Below are positions 24,324 to 27,525 of a DNA stretch of 27,525 nucleotides, piece after piece. Position 1 is the first letter of the stretch. Each line of letters begins with the position of its first letter. The stretch is taken from the IMG/VR virus record IMGVR_UViG_3300032234_000731, positions 1 through 27,525 of that record; one strand, 5' to 3'. The notes under the pieces were generated by a model, which saw only the letters and a list, made by a program, of their open reading frames with translations, was not told the origin of the DNA and made no database searches. The position numbers were made by a program, and so were the translations under genes. The stretch comes from a virus (taxonomy: Duplodnaviria > Caudoviricetes).

Positions 24324-24326
24324 ATA
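24321..24326 (+). promoter_or_regulatory. late promoter core TAAATA
   Basis: GCTAAATA overlapping the stop codon, followed by a TAAGGA SD and GTG 24353. Confidence 0.6.
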
Positions 24327-24352
24327 TGTGATACCTCGTAAGGAATCACACC

Positions 24353-26134
24353 GTGGCAATTGTACAGATATCAAGAATAACACAACGACAAGGTCTACTA
24401 GACGACCTACCTCAGCCATTGGCTGCTGCTGAGTTTGGGTGGGCAGTTGATCAGCGTAGACTGTTCATCGGCAACGGTGAAATTGCCGAAGGCTCTCCGG
24501 TTGTAGGAAACACAGAAATTCTCACAGAATTTACTGATGTGTTAAGCCTAGCATCTGCTTATACATACAAGGGACAGGCCGGGGGATATACTGCGCAAAC
24601 TGGTCCTACCTCAGGAGATCCAGTAAGTCAGAGCATACAAAGTAGACTGGACAGCTATGCTGTGTCTACTGTTTTTGGAGCAACAGGCAACGGAGACACC
24701 GACGACACCGCCGCTATCAATCGCGCACTGTTTCAAATGTATTGTGTACAATCCAACACACAAATTCGTCGCAGTTTGTTTTTTCCAGCTGGCACTTATA
24801 TTATCACCGATACTATAAAGATTCCTCCCTTTGCCAAGCTTTATGGCGAAGGGGCGGACTCTACAATTTTCTTGTTTGAAGTGCAGCCTTGGGCCGCAAA
24901 CACAGCATATGCTGAGGGTGTGTTGGTCAAAGTTGAATCGGTGACTCCTGGTGTGTTTAATTATTATAGATCAGTGGCAGCAGTACCGCCTACTGGAATT
25001 TTGATCACTAATACTACGTACTGGGATTCAACTACATTGCCGGAGTTTGTAATAGAAACTTCTGACAGCTTGCAACAGACTGGTGTAAACATTGGCACCA
25101 ATGGTGCTATTGCTCCACGCAACGTTGAAATTTCAGGCATTACTTTTCAAACCACCGAAGTAGGTAGTCATCAGATTTGTAGTATCAATCAATTGCAACA
25201 AGGATATTTTGACAGTTGCAACTTTGTTGGACCACTTGGCGAAATTGACCTTGACACTGATGTTGATGATCTCAGCTGTGTGGTGTTCAATGGCACAGCC
25301 GAAGTTCCACCTACTCAAATCACACTGGATAAATGTAAATTCTTTGGTGCCACCTATGCTGTAAGCACAGATCAAGCGGTCAAAGGAATCACAGTCAGCA
25401 ATGGTCAGATGAACACACTGTATCAAGGTGTTTATCTTGGCGGTTCTACGGTGGTCAATGGCGGTCCAACAGGTGTAAGAATTGTTCACAACGAGTTTGA
25501 CAACATTTTTGCCGAAGGCATTGTGATGGAAAACTGTGGTCTTAATGCCAGTGGATACAATACTTTTTATGATGTGGGCAACAACTTCTTTGGTGTTACA
25601 CAACCACAAACCCCGATTATCAGTATCAATGCCGACAACAATGTTAGTGTAGGTGATCTGTTTCAACGCAACGACACTCAAGCACTTACACAACCTCGTA
25701 TTCAAATCTACAATACAGATACTAGTACCATTCCGTTGAGTGTAGGATACAACGGATCCAGCAAATTTCAAGTTGGTAGTTACAGTAGAGAAGTTGGTCA
25801 ACAAAGCACGTTGGAAAATGCAGCGACCAATCAATCACTATTTGTTGTTGATTCGGCTGCATCAGTTACAGGCGGAGGTTTTTCGAGCTTCTCTATGAAC
25901 TACACGATAAAACGCGAAGCTGCTGCAGGAGCATTTACTTTGAGAACTGGTGTGTTGACAGTTCAAGCCGCTGACGGATATGTATTGAGTTACAATGACG
26001 AATACAGCGAAAATAGCTCAACTGGCATTACCTTGTTGGCGTCGCAAGTGGGCGATGATATAACTGTGGCATATACTGCTAGTTCTACCGGATTCGACGG
26101 AACCATTTACTACAGTATCACACACTTTGCCTAA
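24353..26134 (+). CDS. tail fibre/spike with Mtd_N-like N-terminus and pectate-lyase-like beta-helix
   Basis: QISRITQRQG..LAAAEFGWAVDQRRLFIGNG; FGATGNGDTDDTAAINRAL..FFPAGTY; beta-helix-like repeats. Confidence 0.78.
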   Translation: MAIVQISRITQRQGLLDDLPQPLAAAEFGWAVDQRRLFIGNGEIAEGSPVVGNTEILTEFTDVLSLASAYTYKGQAGGYTAQTGPTSGDPVSQSIQSRLDSYAVSTVFGATGNGDTDDTAAINRALFQMYCVQSNTQIRRSLFFPAGTYIITDTIKIPPFAKLYGEGADSTIFLFEVQPWAANTAYAEGVLVKVESVTPGVFNYYRSVAAVPPTGILITNTTYWDSTTLPEFVIETSDSLQQTGVNIGTNGAIAPRNVEISGITFQTTEVGSHQICSINQLQQGYFDSCNFVGPLGEIDLDTDVDDLSCVVFNGTAEVPPTQITLDKCKFFGATYAVSTDQAVKGITVSNGQMNTLYQGVYLGGSTVVNGGPTGVRIVHNEFDNIFAEGIVMENCGLNASGYNTFYDVGNNFFGVTQPQTPIISINADNNVSVGDLFQRNDTQALTQPRIQIYNTDTSTIPLSVGYNGSSKFQVGSYSREVGQQSTLENAATNQSLFVVDSAASVTGGGFSSFSMNYTIKREAAAGAFTLRTGVLTVQAADGYVLSYNDEYSENSSTGITLLASQVGDDITVAYTASSTGFDGTIYYSITHFA

Positions 26135-26559
26135 TGTGGCCTAGAACTTTTCCTGAACGCTTGCAATCATGGAACACACTGCGAGAGCAGTGTGCTTCTG
26201 CGGAGTTAGAAACCTGTTTAAACAAAATAGATAGTTGGTGGCAGCAAACACCTTGGTGCCCTTATCATTTACACTGGGACGATCGAGCCACCTGGCCGGA
26301 TCCTTGGCAATTATTGGATGATAATATCTATTGCGGACTTGCAAAAGGCCTAGGAATCATGTATACTATTACATTGATTGATCGTGCAGAATTGCAAGAT
26401 GTTGTATTAGCCGAGGTTGCTGGAGACAATTTAGTCCTAGTCAACCAAGGGAAATATATATTGAATTGGTCAGGCCTATCTCCATTAAATATCAGTCCAA
26501 ATAGCAAAAACTTGCAGCGGCGCATTAGTCAGCAAGAATTAAAACAAAAAATTCGTTAA
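26134..26559 (+). CDS. transglutaminase-like/papain-fold protein (putative)
   Basis: WPDPWQLL...YCGLAKGLGIMYT resembles the BTLCP W.tP.E...DC...A.aKY.tL block. Confidence 0.5.
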   Translation: MWPRTFPERLQSWNTLREQCASAELETCLNKIDSWWQQTPWCPYHLHWDDRATWPDPWQLLDDNIYCGLAKGLGIMYTITLIDRAELQDVVLAEVAGDNLVLVNQGKYILNWSGLSPLNISPNSKNLQRRISQQELKQKIR

Positions 26560-26566
26560 GGATAAA

Positions 26567-27525
26567 ATGAAACAAATCACAGTTGTCAAACGCGACGGTA
26601 GCCGCGAGCCGTTGCACATTGAAAAATGGCAAACTCAAGTTGCCAAAGTATGCCAAGGCATAGCTGACGTAAGTCAGAGCATGATTGAAATTAAAGCCCA
26701 ACTGCACTTTTATGACGGGATAACAACCAAAGAAATTGACGGGATCACACTAAGAGCTTGTGTGGACCTAATTGATGTAGAATCTAATCCTGATGTAGGG
26801 CACACCAATTATCAGCACGTAGCCGGGAAACAGCGTCTCAGCATGTTACGTAAAGACGTATATGGCGATTATCAACCTCCGCATTTATATGAAATTGTAA
26901 AGCGCAATGTAGCGGTAGGCCTATACACTCCTGAACTACTGGAATGGTATGACGAAGCTGATTGGAATCGCATGGAAGAAGCCATCGATCACCAAAAAGA
27001 CGAACAATACAGTTATGCAGCCATTGAGCAGCTGATCGAAAAGTACCTGGTCAAAAATCGTGCAACGGGGCAAACTTATGAAACACCTCAAGTTAGATAC
27101 ATGGTCGCAGCCGCTACTGTGTTTCACAAAGAAGAGCCTAACTCGGCTCGCATGCGCTATATCAAAGAATACTATAATGCGGCTAGTGATGGTCTTTTTA
27201 CTCTTGCCACTCCTGTGCTGGCTGGCTTGGGTACTCCTACCAAACAGTTCAGTAGCTGTGTTCTTATTCGCAGCGACGATGATCTTGATAGCATCTTTGC
27301 CAGTGGAGAAATGATGGCCAAGTATGCCAGCAAACGTGCTGGTATTGGTTTGGAAATTGGTCGCTTGCGCCCACTGGGTTCACCCATCCGTGGCGGCGAA
27401 ATCATGCACACAGGCATGATACCCTTCTTGAAGAAGTGGTTTGGAGACTTGCGTAGTTGCAGTCAAGGAGGCATTCGTAATGCTAGTGCTACAGTTTTTT
27501 ATCCTATTTGGCATCATCAGTTTGA
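26567..27525 (+). CDS. nrdA: ribonucleotide reductase class Ia alpha subunit (3' truncated)
   Basis: Read manually (absent from the ORF track): MKQITVVKRDG (ATP cone), KYLVKNR..YETPQ, ATPVLAG..QFSSCVL, AGIG, IRGG, CSQGGIR. TAAGGA SD. Confidence 0.95.
   Translation, partial: MKQITVVKRDGSREPLHIEKWQTQVAKVCQGIADVSQSMIEIKAQLHFYDGITTKEIDGITLRACVDLIDVESNPDVGHTNYQHVAGKQRLSMLRKDVYGDYQPPHLYEIVKRNVAVGLYTPELLEWYDEADWNRMEEAIDHQKDEQYSYAAIEQLIEKYLVKNRATGQTYETPQVRYMVAAATVFHKEEPNSARMRYIKEYYNAASDGLFTLATPVLAGLGTPTKQFSSCVLIRSDDDLDSIFASGEMMAKYASKRAGIGLEIGRLRPLGSPIRGGEIMHTGMIPFLKKWFGDLRSCSQGGIRNASATVFYPIWHHQF

Noticed and set aside
25133-25834. Long antisense ORFs (also 9988-10485, 12018-12509, 16085-16561, 17876-18364, 20274-20756)
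   Set aside because: They shadow well-supported genes on the opposite strand and have no motifs or expression signals.
24353-26134. Diversity-generating retroelement suggested by the Mtd_N-like domain
   Set aside because: No reverse transcriptase and no TR/VR repeat pair seen in the window; Mtd_N-like N-termini are common in tail proteins.
26567-27525. Intron/intein in nrdA or recoded stop codons
   Set aside because: The visible part reads as continuous NrdA, and genes across the window are intact under the standard code.

Overview
This is a gene-dense 27.5-kb segment of a large tailed dsDNA phage with T4-like replication genes and TAAATA late promoters. The iscU/iscA-like genes suggest a proteobacterial host (inference). 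Left part: partial AAA ATPase, three small ORFs, a UvsW-type helicase, a clamp-loader-like subunit, a Zn-finger protein, a 189-aa condensed DnaE-like core, primase and a DnaB/gp41 helicase. Accessory enzymes (two radical SAM, two SGNH-like, cupin, sulfotransferase-like) are interleaved among these genes. Middle: late virion/head-associated genes, including a 643-aa Pol-beta nucleotidyltransferase + KxDG ligase-like fusion. Right part: iscU-GNAT-iscA, amidinotransferase, dCMP deaminase, PD-(D/E)XK nuclease, Mtd_N/pectate-lyase tail protein, transglutaminase-like protein and the 5' part of nrdA. I saw no tRNA, rRNA, CRISPR array or IS element. Most notable: the mini-DnaE, the NTase-ligase fusion that may be protease-processed and virion-packaged, a duplicated gene start flanking an SGNH insertion, a Hint-like stand-alone protein, and several apparently leaderless transcripts. 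All calls are by-eye motif recognition; no searches were run.
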